Origin: Candidatus Nanopelagicaceae bacterium
Lineage (GTDB): Bacteria > Actinomycetota > Actinomycetes > Nanopelagicales > Nanopelagicaceae
Direction of reading: 5' to 3'
DNA length: 55,560 nt
NCBI GenBank assembly: GCA_036742235.1
Contig: DAINQZ010000002.1
Span: forward strand, 1-55,560
Positions within the stretch are counted from its first letter, which is position 1, and each line of letters begins with the position of its first letter. The position numbers were made by a program, and so were the translations under genes. Of this stretch, positions 1 to 10,053 are shown in pieces. The notes beneath the pieces are model-generated. The model saw nothing but the letters and a program-made list of their open reading frames with translations. It was not told the DNA's origin and made no database searches.

Positions 1-1692
1 CGCCTTACTGGTCGAAGTGATGATCAGATCGAACTCGTCGAGAAGTATGCGAAGATCAACGGCCTCTGGCATAACGCTGATCTCGCGCCACGATTCTCCG
101 AGACGGTTGAACTCGATCTCTCTACAGTCGTTCCATCAATCTCTGGACCAAAGCGCCCGCAAGACCGCATCTCCTTGAGCGCATCAAAGGGCTCATTCGA
201 AAAGATTCTTCCTTCCTATCTGACCGATAAGACCACAACGACCTCTGTCCCATATACCCATGCAGGTAAGAGCGCAGAATTGAAAAATGGTGCGGTTGTT
301 ATCGCTTCAATCACGTCGTGCACAAATACTTCCAACCCGTCAGTGATGATCGGAGCGGCGCTTCTCGCCAAGAAGGCGGTCGAGAAGGGCCTCACTTCAA
401 AGCCTTGGGTGAAGACATCTCTAGCGCCTGGCTCAAAGGTCGTCACCAATTACTTTGATAAATCTGGCCTCACACCTTATTTGGAAGGTCTTGGCTTTAA
501 CCTCGTTGGTTATGGCTGTGTTACATGTATCGGAAATTCAGGCCCTCTCCCTATTGAGATCAGTAAGGCGATTAACGAGAACGATCTTGCTGTTACCGCA
601 GTTCTCTCTGGAAACCGAAATTTCGAGGGTCGCATTAGTCCTGATGTAAAGATGAACTACCTAGCTTCACCTCCACTCGTCGTTGCTTACGCACTGACCG
701 GAACGATGGATCATGACTTTGAATCGGATCCGATTGGCACCGATCAGAGTGGCGCGCCCGTCTACCTCAAAGATATCTGGCCTTCACAGTCAGAGATTCA
801 GGCCGTGATCGACTCAGTAATCTCTTCAGATATGTTTAAGAAGGATTACTCAACAGTCTTTGATGGCGATCATCGTTGGAAGTCGCTTGCCACTCCAACC
901 GGAAAGACCTTTGAGTGGGACGAGAAGTCGACCTATGTTCGCAAGCCGCCATATTTTGATGGTATGCCACGTGAACCAAAGGCTGTCACTGATATTTCTT
1001 CAGCCCGAGTTCTTGCGGTCCTTGGTGATTCAATCACCACTGATCACATCTCACCTGCAGGAAATATTAAGGCTGATTCTCCAGCTGGTAAGTATCTTGC
1101 TGATCATGGCATCGAACGTATAGATTTCAACTCATATGGTTCTCGCCGTGGAAACCATGAGGTGATGATCCGCGGAACCTTCGCAAATATTCGCTTGAAG
1201 AACCTTCTCCTTGATGATGTTTCTGGTGGTTTCACCCGCAACTTCCTCCGCAACGGTGAGCAGTCAACAATCTACGACGCATCAATGGAGTATCAAGCAC
1301 AATCAATTCCACTCGTCATTCTGGCTGGAAAAGAGTACGGCTCTGGTTCATCACGCGACTGGGCAGCGAAGGGAACTGCACTCCTTGGAGTAAAAGCAGT
1401 CATCGCTGAATCCTTTGAACGTATCCATCGCTCTAATCTCATCGGTATGGGCGTTCTACCTCTGCAATATCTACCGGGGGAGAGTGCTGCCACTCTTGGA
1501 CTCACAGGACAGGAGACCTTTGATATTCAGGGGATCGTTGCTTTGAATGAGGGATTTACTCCCAAGACAGTGACAGTTCTCGCTGACGGGAAGAGTTTCC
1601 AAGCGCTAGTCCGTATTGATACACCAGGTGAGGCGGATTACTACCGTCATGGTGGCATCATGCAATACGTGCTCCGATCACTCCTGAAATAG
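1..1692 (+). CDS. acnA: aconitate hydratase (aconitase), C-terminal ~560 aa; the 5' end lies outside the window
   Basis: Frame 1 is open from base 1 (hand translation [23 protein letters not shown]...[22 protein letters not shown]) and runs into the 175..1692 ORF. Aconitase signatures are present: [40 protein letters not shown]. Confidence 0.93.
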   Translation, partial: RLTGRSDDQIELVEKYAKINGLWHNADLAPRFSETVELDLSTVVPSISGPKRPQDRISLSASKGSFEKILPSYLTDKTTTTSVPYTHAGKSAELKNGAVVIASITSCTNTSNPSVMIGAALLAKKAVEKGLTSKPWVKTSLAPGSKVVTNYFDKSGLTPYLEGLGFNLVGYGCVTCIGNSGPLPIEISKAINENDLAVTAVLSGNRNFEGRISPDVKMNYLASPPLVVAYALTGTMDHDFESDPIGTDQSGAPVYLKDIWPSQSEIQAVIDSVISSDMFKKDYSTVFDGDHRWKSLATPTGKTFEWDEKSTYVRKPPYFDGMPREPKAVTDISSARVLAVLGDSITTDHISPAGNIKADSPAGKYLADHGIERIDFNSYGSRRGNHEVMIRGTFANIRLKNLLLDDVSGGFTRNFLRNGEQSTIYDASMEYQAQSIPLVILAGKEYGSGSSRDWAAKGTALLGVKAVIAESFERIHRSNLIGMGVLPLQYLPGESAATLGLTGQETFDIQGIVALNEGFTPKTVTVLADGKSFQALVRIDTPGEADYYRHGGIMQYVLRSLLK

Positions 1693-1714
1693 GATAAATC
1701 GGGCGAAGCTGCCC

Positions 1715-3673
1715 TTGAGAGATTACACTCGCATGATGCTCGAAGAGATCAAGACCCCGGCCGACCTTCAGGGACTTACTGAGGCACAGCTCAACGAACT
1801 TGCCGTCGAGATCCGTTGGTTCCTTATTGAGAAAGTCTCACGAAGTGGCGGCCATCTAGGTCCCAATCTTGGGGTCGTTGAATTAACGATTGCGATGCAC
1901 CGGGTCTTCCAATCACCTCATGATGTGATGGTCTTCGATACTGGTCACCAGAGCTATGTGCATAAGATCCTCACCGGTCGAGCAGGTCAGTTTGACCATC
2001 TTCGTCAAGCGGGTGGAATCTCTGGGTATCCAAGCCGAGCAGAATCTGAACACGATGTCGTAGAAAATTCACACGCTTCAGGAGCCCTCTCCTGGGCTAA
2101 TGGCATTGCCGCAGCCTTCAAAGTTCAGGGAATCAAAGACCGAAAAGTTATCGCACTCGTCGGAGATGGTGCACTGACCGGTGGAATGTCATGGGAAGCT
2201 TTGAATAATATCGCGGCGAATGAAGAACTTCCGCTCGTCATTGTCGTCAATGACAATGAGCGAAGTTACTCTCCAACTATTGGGGGACTTGCGACCTATC
2301 TTTCGACCCTTCGTGCAACAAGCGGATATGAGAAGTTCTTAGATTGGGGCAAAGGAGTTCTCGAACGTACTCCAGTAGTTGGCCATCCCATCTATGAGAC
2401 GTTGCACGGCGTCAAGAAGGGCATCAAAGATATCGTCGCACCGCAAGGTATGTTTGAAGATCTCGGATTAAAATATATCGGTCCGGTCGATGGTCATAAC
2501 ATTGCAGCGATCGAGAGTGCACTTAAGCTCGCAAAAGATTTTGGCGCTCCAGTCTTGGTGCATGTCATTACGGAGAAAGGTCGTGGCCATGCGCCAGCGA
2601 TCATGGATGAGGCTGAGAAATTCCATGCAGTCGGCGTCGTGGACCCTGCGACCGGTGTATCGCTTGCGAAAGCTGTTACCTCATGGACGTCGATCTTCTC
2701 TGATGAGATTGTTAAGATAGCCAAATCTCGTCCAGATATCGTTGCTCTCACCGCAGCAATGCAAGGACCGACCGGGTTAGATCCCTTTGCGAAAGAGTTC
2801 CCCGACCGAATCTTCGATGTGGGCATTGCAGAACAACATGCAGTCACTGCGGCTGCAGGTATGGCCTTTGCAGGCCTGCACCCAGTTGTAGCCGTCTATT
2901 CCACCTTCTTGAACCGAGCATTTGATCAGCTCTTACTCGATGTTGCGCTCCACAAAGCAGGAGTCACCTTTGTGCTCGATCGTGCCGGTATAACTGGCGA
3001 TGACGGTGCATCTCACAATGGCATGTGGGACCTGGCGCTAACAGGCATTGTTCCTGGCCTGCAGGTTGCTGCACCTCGCGATGGTTCACGGCTTCGTGAG
3101 TTGCTTCGAGAATCTGTACTCATCACTGATGGCCCAAGTGTTATTCGTTTCCCTAAGGGTGCAGTCATAGCTGATATTCCAGCCGTGGAACGTCGCGGTG
3201 GAATCGATGTTTTGTATCAAGATGAGAGGCCGGACATCCTCTTTATAAGCGTTGGAGCCCTTGCACAGATTGCTCTTGAGGCAGCGGCACAAGCTCATCG
3301 CGAAGGGATTGGCATCACCGTCATCGATCCGCGTTGGGTGAAGCCTCTTCCAAAGTCGCTTATCTCGCTAGCGGCCCGCTTCCAGCGAGTTGTCGTGCTT
3401 GAAGACGGAATAGAGCATGGTGGTATCGCCAGCACGATCTCTGAACTCTTCCGCGATCATGACCTGACTATCCCGGTGCACTCGATCGGGGTCCCACTGA
3501 AGTTCTTCGATCATGGAAAGCGCAATGAAATTCTTGCTGAGATCGGAATCTCAGTTCAGAGTATTACTCGATCTCTCGTTGGATGGAGCTCGTTGAGCGC
3601 CGACAGCCCTTCTATTTTGGAAGAGATGCAACTCCCGCAGGATGGAAATTCGAGCGAGCAGCGCGCGCACTAA
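1715..3673 (+). CDS. dxs: 1-deoxy-D-xylulose-5-phosphate synthase
   Basis: N-terminus [21 protein letters not shown]-binding [16 protein letters not shown]...NDN, and transketolase-like middle and C-terminal domains. The track start is TTG 1715; ATGs at 1733 and 1736 are equally plausible. The last ~25 aa are a non-conserved tail antisense to the fadB 3' end. Confidence 0.93.
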   Translation: MRDYTRMMLEEIKTPADLQGLTEAQLNELAVEIRWFLIEKVSRSGGHLGPNLGVVELTIAMHRVFQSPHDVMVFDTGHQSYVHKILTGRAGQFDHLRQAGGISGYPSRAESEHDVVENSHASGALSWANGIAAAFKVQGIKDRKVIALVGDGALTGGMSWEALNNIAANEELPLVIVVNDNERSYSPTIGGLATYLSTLRATSGYEKFLDWGKGVLERTPVVGHPIYETLHGVKKGIKDIVAPQGMFEDLGLKYIGPVDGHNIAAIESALKLAKDFGAPVLVHVITEKGRGHAPAIMDEAEKFHAVGVVDPATGVSLAKAVTSWTSIFSDEIVKIAKSRPDIVALTAAMQGPTGLDPFAKEFPDRIFDVGIAEQHAVTAAAGMAFAGLHPVVAVYSTFLNRAFDQLLLDVALHKAGVTFVLDRAGITGDDGASHNGMWDLALTGIVPGLQVAAPRDGSRLRELLRESVLITDGPSVIRFPKGAVIADIPAVERRGGIDVLYQDERPDILFISVGALAQIALEAAAQAHREGIGITVIDPRWVKPLPKSLISLAARFQRVVVLEDGIEHGGIASTISELFRDHDLTIPVHSIGVPLKFFDHGKRNEILAEIGISVQSITRSLVGWSSLSADSPSILEEMQLPQDGNSSEQRAH

Positions 3674-5726
3674 CTCCCTCACGATCGAGGTAAGGCAGGA
3701 TTCCACCAAGGTGAAGTGGCCAGCCACAACCAAGCAACATGCAGAGATCAATCTCTGCAGCGGTCGCAACAACGCCCTCATCGAGCATCATTCGAGCCTC
3801 TTGAGCGAGGGCGTTCAAAGCGCGAGTGCGGACCTGCTCAACCGTTGATGGTTGGTCTCCGCCCTTGATGAGAGCGAGAGCATCTGGGTTTACAACCTGC
3901 TTGCCATCAGCGTCCTTGATGTAGAAGGCGCGAATTCCGTTGGCGACAAAAGCTTGCATCGTTGGAGAGATCTTGTAGCGATCACCCAGCTCGTGATGAA
4001 GCGTCTCAGCAACGTGGAGCGCAACACCAGGCCCCACTAAACCAAGGAGTTGTAGCGACGACATTGGCAGCCCGAGCGGAATCATCGCTGCATCTGCGAT
4101 TTCAGGCGGGGTTCCTTCATCGATGGAATCTGTGATCTCTCCCATGAAGCGAGTGAGCAGACGGTTCACCACGAAGGCGGGTGAATCCTTCACGATCACC
4201 ATGGTCTTCTTGAGCTCTTTACCGATAGCAACAGCAGTAGCCGTCGTTGCGTCATCAGTTGATTCGGTGCGAGCGATCTCTAGAAGTGGCATTACCGCCA
4301 CTGGATTAAAGAAGTGGAAGCCAATAACGCGTTCGGGATTCTTCAAGCCTTCTGACATCTTTGTCACAGATAAGGATGAAGTATTTGTCGCGAGAATGCA
4401 TTCGGGTGAAACGATCGACTCGAGTTCGGTGAAGAGTTTCTGCTTGAGTGGGAGTTCTTCAAAGATCGCTTCGATAATAAAATCGCATCCGGCGTATGCC
4501 TTCTTATCCGTTGATCCTGAGATTAAGCCGGAGAGTCGAGCTGCACCTTCAGGGGAGAGGCGTCGCTTTTCTACTAGCTTCTGAATTTCAGCGCCGATAT
4601 ATGCGAGGCCTTTATCGACGCGCTCTTGATCGAGGTCGGTGATGACGACAGGTACCTTCAAATTACGCAGAATGATGAGCGCTAGTTGAGAGGCCATAAG
4701 CCCTGCACCAACAACGCCAACCTTCGTCACCTTCCGTGCCAAGGCAGCTTTCGGTGCACCCTCAACCTTCTTGCGCTTCTTCTGAATCAGATTGAAGGCA
4801 TAGAGAGATGCTCGAAGTGGATCGCTCATAACGAGATCCGTGAGAGCAGTATCTTCGGCATCAAATCCTTCTCCGCGGGATGAGGTTTGAGCTGCCTTAA
4901 TGAGAGCAAGAGCTTTCTTGGGGGAGGCGATATCAGCCTTTCCATACTTCTTCGCAATAGCTGCTTCACCTGTTGCGATGGCAGCGTCCCATGCGGATTG
5001 ATCTTTGGTGTGATCCGCGCGATCTACAGCGATCTTGCCACTCACAACATCAGCGGCGAACTTCACGGACTTTTCGAGGAAATCTGCCGGCTCAAAGAGT
5101 GCATCGGTGATCCCGAGTGCTTGAGCATCCTTTGCGCGAAGCATCGAATTGTTGTTAAGCGCATTAGTGATGATTACTTGGACAGCTTTTTCGGGGCCAA
5201 TGAGTTGAGGAAGAATCGTCGCTCCGCCCCATCCCGGTACTAGTCCAAGGAAAACTTCGGGTAGCGCAGTGAATGCCGTTGATGAGATCGTTCGATAATC
5301 GCAATGCAGACCAATTTCAAGTCCGCCGCCCAGAGCTAAGCCGTTGATGAAGGCAAAGGTTGGCTTCTTTGTCTCGTTCAATCGGCGCAATACATCGTGG
5401 CCCAATTTTCCGATTGCCATCGCCTGTGACCGATCGGCCAAGAATGAGATAGCAGAGAGATCGGCACCAGCAGCAAAGATGAATGGCTTACCGGTAATCG
5501 CAATTGCGACTGCAGAACTTGCCTCTGCTTCGGAGATTCGTTCATTCAACTCTAGGAGCGTCTTCGCCCCCAAAGTATTTGGACGATTGTGATCGAGACC
5601 GTTATCTAGTGTGATGAGAGCGAGAGTGCCTGATCCACTGAAGGCAGCGAGATCCACCTCGCGAAGGAAAGAGTGGGTGACGACTTCTTCTGGGGCACCA
5701 TCTGGCAGCGAAAGTGATGTATCCAT
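3612..5726 (-). CDS. fadB: fatty-acid oxidation multifunctional enzyme: enoyl-CoA hydratase / 3-hydroxyacyl-CoA dehydrogenase
   Basis: Crotonase-fold N-terminal half ([27 protein letters not shown]) and NAD-binding 3-HCDH half ([14 protein letters not shown]). The C-terminus ...PAGVASLPK resembles mycobacterial FadB. I place the start at ATG 5726 (MDTSLSL), 4 nt after the fadA stop, because the track's longer start at 5825 would overlap fadA by 95 nt. Confidence 0.9.
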   Translation of the reverse strand: MDTSLSLPDGAPEEVVTHSFLREVDLAAFSGSGTLALITLDNGLDHNRPNTLGAKTLLELNERISEAEASSAVAIAITGKPFIFAAGADLSAISFLADRSQAMAIGKLGHDVLRRLNETKKPTFAFINGLALGGGLEIGLHCDYRTISSTAFTALPEVFLGLVPGWGGATILPQLIGPEKAVQVIITNALNNNSMLRAKDAQALGITDALFEPADFLEKSVKFAADVVSGKIAVDRADHTKDQSAWDAAIATGEAAIAKKYGKADIASPKKALALIKAAQTSSRGEGFDAEDTALTDLVMSDPLRASLYAFNLIQKKRKKVEGAPKAALARKVTKVGVVGAGLMASQLALIILRNLKVPVVITDLDQERVDKGLAYIGAEIQKLVEKRRLSPEGAARLSGLISGSTDKKAYAGCDFIIEAIFEELPLKQKLFTELESIVSPECILATNTSSLSVTKMSEGLKNPERVIGFHFFNPVAVMPLLEIARTESTDDATTATAVAIGKELKKTMVIVKDSPAFVVNRLLTRFMGEITDSIDEGTPPEIADAAMIPLGLPMSSLQLLGLVGPGVALHVAETLHHELGDRYKISPTMQAFVANGIRAFYIKDADGKQVVNPDALALIKGGDQPSTVEQVRTRALNALAQEARMMLDEGVVATAAEIDLCMLLGCGWPLHLGGILPYLDREGVSARAARSNFHPAGVASLPK

Positions 5727-5730
5727 GAAG

Positions 5731-6927
5731 TTATGCAACCTTTCCAGATGTGCCGTTGAAGTGTGGGTTCTCCCAAATGACTGTTCCACCCATACCGAGA
5801 CCGATGCACATGGTGGTGAGTCCATAACGCACTTCTGGATGAAGTTCGAAACCGCGCGCCAAGTTGAGCATCAAACGGATACCTGATGAGGCGAGTGGAT
5901 GACCGACAGCAATCGCACCCCCATGAATATTGACACGAGGATCATCATCAGCGATTCCGAAGTGATCGAGGAAGGCAAGAACCTGAATTGCGAATGCCTC
6001 GTTCACTTCAAAGAGACCGATATCTTCGATAGAGAGACCAGCCTTCTTTAACGCCTTTATTGTCGATGGAACTGGGCCATAACCCATGATCTCTGGCTCA
6101 ACGCCAGCGAAGGCGAAGGTAACGAGCTTTGCCTTGATTGGAAGTCCGAGTTCATGCGCCTTCTCTTCACTTGCGAGAATCGCCGCGGTTGCTCCATCGT
6201 TGAGGCCAGAAGCATTTCCTGGAGTCACTCGACCGGCAGCTCTAAATGGAGTCTTTAACCCAGCAAGTCCTTCCATCGTTGTTGTTGGGCGAGGAGCCTC
6301 ATCAACGGTTGCGATTGAGTAGCCAAGTTCTGGATTACGAACTGCTACAGGAATGAGATCTCGTTGAATTTCACCAGCAGCATATGCAGCTGCGGTCTTC
6401 TGCTGTGAAGCTAGCGCGTAAGCGTCGGCACGTTCCTTTGTAAGATGAGGGAACTTGTCGTGTAGACGTTCGGCAGTATTTCCCATGGCGAGCGCATCGC
6501 CTTCAACTAATTTTTCAGCAAGGTATCGAGGATTTGGATCCATCAATTCACCCATTGGGTGATTTCCCATATGTTCAACACCACCTGCAATGGCGATGTC
6601 ATATGTGCCCATTGCGATTGCGCCAGAGAGAGTTGTTACTGATGTCATCGCACCAGCACACCAGCGATCTACAGAGTAGCCCGGAACGGTATTTGGAATT
6701 CCAGCAAGAAGTGAAGCGCTACGGCCAATATTCATTCCTTGGTCACCAGTTTGCGTAGCAGCTGCGATCGCAACATCATCGATCTGATCCAGTGGCAACT
6801 GCGGATTGCGTTCAAAGAGTCCGCGCATTGTTCGCACCATGATGTCATCGGCTCGAGTGCCCATGTACAAGCTTCCGGCCTTGCCAAATGGGGATCGGAC
6901 TGCATCAACTAAGACGACGCGATTCAT
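5731..6927 (-). CDS. fadA: acetyl-CoA C-acyltransferase (3-ketoacyl-CoA thiolase)
   Basis: Thiolase fold: N-terminus MNRVVLVDAVRSPFGKAG, active-site region DRWCAGAMTS, C-terminal NIHGGAIAVGHP and CIGLGMGGT. The start is taken at the internal ATG 6927, since thiolases normally begin at this motif. The track start 6987 adds 20 non-conserved residues. Confidence 0.9.
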   Translation of the reverse strand: MNRVVLVDAVRSPFGKAGSLYMGTRADDIMVRTMRGLFERNPQLPLDQIDDVAIAAATQTGDQGMNIGRSASLLAGIPNTVPGYSVDRWCAGAMTSVTTLSGAIAMGTYDIAIAGGVEHMGNHPMGELMDPNPRYLAEKLVEGDALAMGNTAERLHDKFPHLTKERADAYALASQQKTAAAYAAGEIQRDLIPVAVRNPELGYSIATVDEAPRPTTTMEGLAGLKTPFRAAGRVTPGNASGLNDGATAAILASEEKAHELGLPIKAKLVTFAFAGVEPEIMGYGPVPSTIKALKKAGLSIEDIGLFEVNEAFAIQVLAFLDHFGIADDDPRVNIHGGAIAVGHPLASSGIRLMLNLARGFELHPEVRYGLTTMCIGLGMGGTVIWENPHFNGTSGKVA

Positions 6928-7086
6928 ATGGACCCTTCGCTCTGAATTCTCCTTGCAAGCCGCCGTTGAGACGGGGGAGGCATTCACCTGCTAAAAGGTT
7001 ACTCGTCAGTAGGGTAAATGTGAACTCCGACCAAGGTCAGATTTCAAGCGTCGAACTGAGCCGGGTGGCCGAACTTTTGGTACGAC

Positions 7087-7110
7087 TTATCTTCCGCGTT
7101 ATCTTCCGCG
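7087..7110. repeat. perfect 12-bp tandem duplication TTATCTTCCGCG x2 spanning the stop codon of the 7099..7497 ORF
   Basis: Read directly: 7087-7098 equals 7099-7110. On the minus strand it reads CGC GGA AGA TAA CGC GGA AGA TAA (RGR* RGR*). Confidence 0.95.
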
Positions 7111-7497
7111 TAGACGTCGGGCGATAATCGATTGATCACCCTTGGCTTCAAGATCAGCGATGATGATCGCCAAAGATTCACGGACGATGCGACCGCGATC
7201 AACTGCCAATCCGAGATCACCACGAAGAGCGAGGCGTGCCTGCTCTAAATCGTAGAGTTCATCAGGGGATAGGTAGACCGTGATCTTCTCATCGTGGCGT
7301 TCGCGACCACTTGGCGAACGATCAAAACTATTTGTGCGACGACGTGGAGTTTGGCGGACAGATTTCTTTGCAGCGGTTGCCATAGGCGCAGTTGGTACAT
7401 CTTCTGCCGCGGTTGGAGCCGCATTTGGAACAGCGCTGAGAGTTGTTGATTGACGGAAGAGTTCATCTGCACCTGGAAGTGTTACGCGTCTGCTCAT
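7099..7497 (-). CDS. hypothetical small protein with a disordered basic Ala/Pro/Thr-rich N-terminus and a predicted ribbon-helix-helix-like C-terminus; putative DNA-binding partner of the upstream ParA ATPase
   Basis: The start overlaps the ParA stop in an ATGA (7494-7497), suggesting translational coupling. The C-terminal ~60 aa (KITVYLSPDELYDLEQARLALRG...VDRGRIVRESLAIIIADLE) has a beta-strand/helix/helix pattern typical of RHH (ParG/omega/CopG-like) proteins. The N-terminus contains KKSVRQTPRRRTNSFDRSPSGRERH. The fold assignment comes from the sequence pattern only. Confidence 0.6.
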   Translation of the reverse strand: MSRRVTLPGADELFRQSTTLSAVPNAAPTAAEDVPTAPMATAAKKSVRQTPRRRTNSFDRSPSGRERHDEKITVYLSPDELYDLEQARLALRGDLGLAVDRGRIVRESLAIIIADLEAKGDQSIIARRLRGR

Positions 7498-8411
7498 TTG
7501 CTGCCTCCTCGGGCGATTAATTCACGAGCAAGTCTGCGATAGGACATTGCGCCTACCGAGCTGCTAGCAAAGGTTGTGATGGGTTCACCTTGTGATGTCG
7601 ATTCAGAGAAACGAATTGTTCGAGCGATGATGGTGTCGAAGACTTCATCAGGGAATTGAGTTGCGATGAGTTCTAGAACTTCACGAGAGTGAGCGGTCTT
7701 GCGATCAAAGCGTGTAGCAAGGATTCCATCGATATGAAGATTCGGATTCGTATTATCTTTGATGGTCTGAATAGTGCTCTTTACTAGGGCTAAACCATGG
7801 ATCGCAAAGTACTCACACTCCATTGGAATAATTACTCCGGCGGAAGCGGTCAAAGCATTAACTGTCAATGTTCCGAGAGATGGTGAGCAATCGATCAAGA
7901 TCACGTCGTATTCGTTGATGATAGGAGCAAGGAGTTTGCGCAACTTATGTTCTTTCGCAATCTCGCTGACGAACTTCGCTTCAGCTGCAGCCATATCTTC
8001 ATGTCCGCGGATGAAATCCATACCCGGAACATTCGACTTCAAGATCGCATCATGAATATCGGCGCTCGGATCATTTAAGAGATACCAGATTGAGTTGTAC
8101 TGCTCATTCTCGTAAGGCTTGATTCCTAGTCCGATTGTCATTGAGGATTGGGAGTCAAAGTCGACGAGAAGAACGCGTCGTCCCAATTCAGCGAGCGCAG
8201 CGCCAAGGTTGATGGTTGTTGTTGTCTTACCGACTCCACCTTTTTGATTCACAACTGAGATCACACGAGCCGGACCTTCAGCGGGTGCAGCAAAGACATC
8301 GGGGAAGTTGATTGGCTTCTTGCCCAAGATCGCCGAGGTTTGAGCAAGCTCATCGTCGCGGTTTGTCGACTTAGCGTCGAAGCGAGAAACCTGTGAATTA
8401 ACTTTGGCCAT
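7494..8411 (-). CDS. ParA/Soj-family partition ATPase (deviant Walker A)
   Basis: VISVVNQKGGVGKTTTTINLGAALAELGRRVLLVDFDSQSS is the deviant Walker A KGGxGK[ST] motif. ILIDCSPSLG is the Walker B-like region. There is a ~50-aa N-terminal extension, and the start codon is uncertain. Confidence 0.9.
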   Translation of the reverse strand: MAKVNSQVSRFDAKSTNRDDELAQTSAILGKKPINFPDVFAAPAEGPARVISVVNQKGGVGKTTTTINLGAALAELGRRVLLVDFDSQSSMTIGLGIKPYENEQYNSIWYLLNDPSADIHDAILKSNVPGMDFIRGHEDMAAAEAKFVSEIAKEHKLRKLLAPIINEYDVILIDCSPSLGTLTVNALTASAGVIIPMECEYFAIHGLALVKSTIQTIKDNTNPNLHIDGILATRFDRKTAHSREVLELIATQFPDEVFDTIIARTIRFSESTSQGEPITTFASSSVGAMSYRRLARELIARGGSK

Positions 8412-8422
8412 GGCGCGACTCT

Positions 8423-9373
8423 ATGGCGCGTGTATTCGAAAAGGCAAGCCCGAGTGAGTACGGTTGCCCCATGAGCGAAATGCCGATCGAGAGTCTGGAC
8501 GAACTCGGCAGTCTCGGGAATGGCGCCCCTGTAACGACCCCAGAGGTAGCAGAAACAACTGGTTTCTCAGTGCACCTCACCAATTTCGATGGCCCTTTCG
8601 ACCTTCTTCTTCAGCTCATCTCTCGCCACAAAATGGATGTGACTGATGTAGCGCTCAGTGTCGTTACGGACGATTTTATCGCCTATATACGCACCCTAGA
8701 AGGCTCTGACGAGGGTTGGGATCTGGATCAGACCACTGAATTCTTAGTCGTGGCTGCAACGCTTCTAGACCTCAAAGCAGCCCGTTTGTTGCCATCTGGC
8801 GAGGTAGAGGACGAGGGCGACCTCGCGCTCCTCGAAGCCCGAGATCTGCTCTTCGCCCGCTTGCTCCAATATCGCGCATTTAAGGAGATCGCGGCGATCT
8901 TCAATGAGCGAATCGAACTTAACACCAAGACCTTCCCGCGCACTGTTGCTCTCGAGCCTCACTTTGCTCAGCTCTTGCCAGAGGTTCTGATTGGGGTAGG
9001 TGCCGAGCGTTTCGCGGCTATCGCTCAGCGAGTCCTCGCTCCGAAGGTCGAACAGGTCCTCTCGATCGAGCATCTTCACCGCCCTCTCGTAAGCGTGACC
9101 GAAGAGGTTGCGAAGTTGGTCGATAGCCTGCGTTCCTCGGGCCGTTCAAGCTTCCGGGCCCTCATCGCTGATGCTAACTCCACGCTGGTCGTAGTGGCTC
9201 GCTTTCTAGGCCTGCTCGAGCTCTATCGCGAAGGTGTGGTTCGATTTGAGCAGGTGATTGCCCTCGGAGAGCTCCAAGTTACCTGGGTTGGAACAGCCAC
9301 TGGCGAGATTCAAGTGAGCGATGAGTTTGATTTACCTCCAGTACTAAATGAATCTGAGACGAAAGAAGAGTAA
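8423..9373 (+). CDS. scpA: segregation and condensation protein A (SMC kleisin)
   Basis: The ScpA N-terminal signature F.V.L..FDGPFDLLLQLISRHKMDVTDVAL is present and scpB follows immediately. ATG 8471 (MSEMPIE) is an alternative start and would widen the divergent gap to parA from 11 to 59 bp. Confidence 0.88.
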   Translation: MARVFEKASPSEYGCPMSEMPIESLDELGSLGNGAPVTTPEVAETTGFSVHLTNFDGPFDLLLQLISRHKMDVTDVALSVVTDDFIAYIRTLEGSDEGWDLDQTTEFLVVAATLLDLKAARLLPSGEVEDEGDLALLEARDLLFARLLQYRAFKEIAAIFNERIELNTKTFPRTVALEPHFAQLLPEVLIGVGAERFAAIAQRVLAPKVEQVLSIEHLHRPLVSVTEEVAKLVDSLRSSGRSSFRALIADANSTLVVVARFLGLLELYREGVVRFEQVIALGELQVTWVGTATGEIQVSDEFDLPPVLNESETKEE

Positions 9374-9931
9374 ATGTCTAAAGAAGAAATTCAGAGATCG
9401 ATCGAAGCGATCCTCATGGTCGTGGATGAGCCACTCGCTGAGGTGGTCCTTGCGCAGATTATCGAAGTTCCTACAGAGGAGATCGCGGCAATCCTGGCTG
9501 AGATGGCAGAGAGTTATGACCGCGAAGGGCGTGGATTTCAACTTCGTCATATAGCTGGGGGATGGCGCTTCTATAGCCACCCAGACCTCGCCCCGCTCGT
9601 AGAGAAGTTCGTTCTAGACGGCCAGCAGAGTCGTCTCACCCAGGCGGCCCTAGAGACCCTCGCCGTGATCGCCTACCGTCAACCAATCTCGCGCGCTCGC
9701 GTCTCTGCCATCCGAGGCGTTAATGTTGAGGCGGTCATGAAGACGCTCGTCACCCGTGGCCTCGTCGAGGAGTCTGGAACTGAGCAAGAGACTGGCGCAA
9801 CTCTCTACCGAACCACCTCCTACTTCTTTGAGAAGCTCGGAGTCAATAGCGAATCCGACCTCCCTGCCCTCGCTCCATTCCTGCCGGATGTTGACGGCCT
9901 AGACGAGGTTCTCGCAACCCTGACCGATTAA
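9374..9931 (+). CDS. scpB: segregation and condensation protein B
   Basis: The ATG directly abuts the scpA TAA. Winged-helix ScpB pattern: [12 protein letters not shown]..., [48 protein letters not shown]. Confidence 0.9.
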   Translation: [185 protein letters not shown]

Positions 9932-10053
9932 GGCCCCTAACCCGCTTCCGCGATTGGGAGCATCTGGCAGGGGAGGGTAGGATAGGAAATCCAAAGTTTC
10001 ACTCGTGCTTGAGCGCGACCTACCCATGAATCGTAGAGATTCCGGAGCCCACC

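Noticed and set aside
966-977. A parS-like sequence, GCCACGTGAACC, resembling the central CACGTGAAAC of the TGTTTCACGTGAAACA consensus.
   Set aside because: Only the core hexamer and a few flanking bases match (about 10 of 16). It lies inside acnA coding sequence with no dyad symmetry beyond CACGTG.
5727-5825. N-terminal extensions proposed by the ORF track: fadB to 5825, fadA to 6987, gcvH from 14974, the M20 peptidase to 39794, tatC to 26435.
   Set aside because: The extensions overlap the upstream gene or add residues that do not match the conserved family N-termini. Internal ATGs coincide with the canonical N-terminal motifs and leave tidy 4-8-nt gaps.
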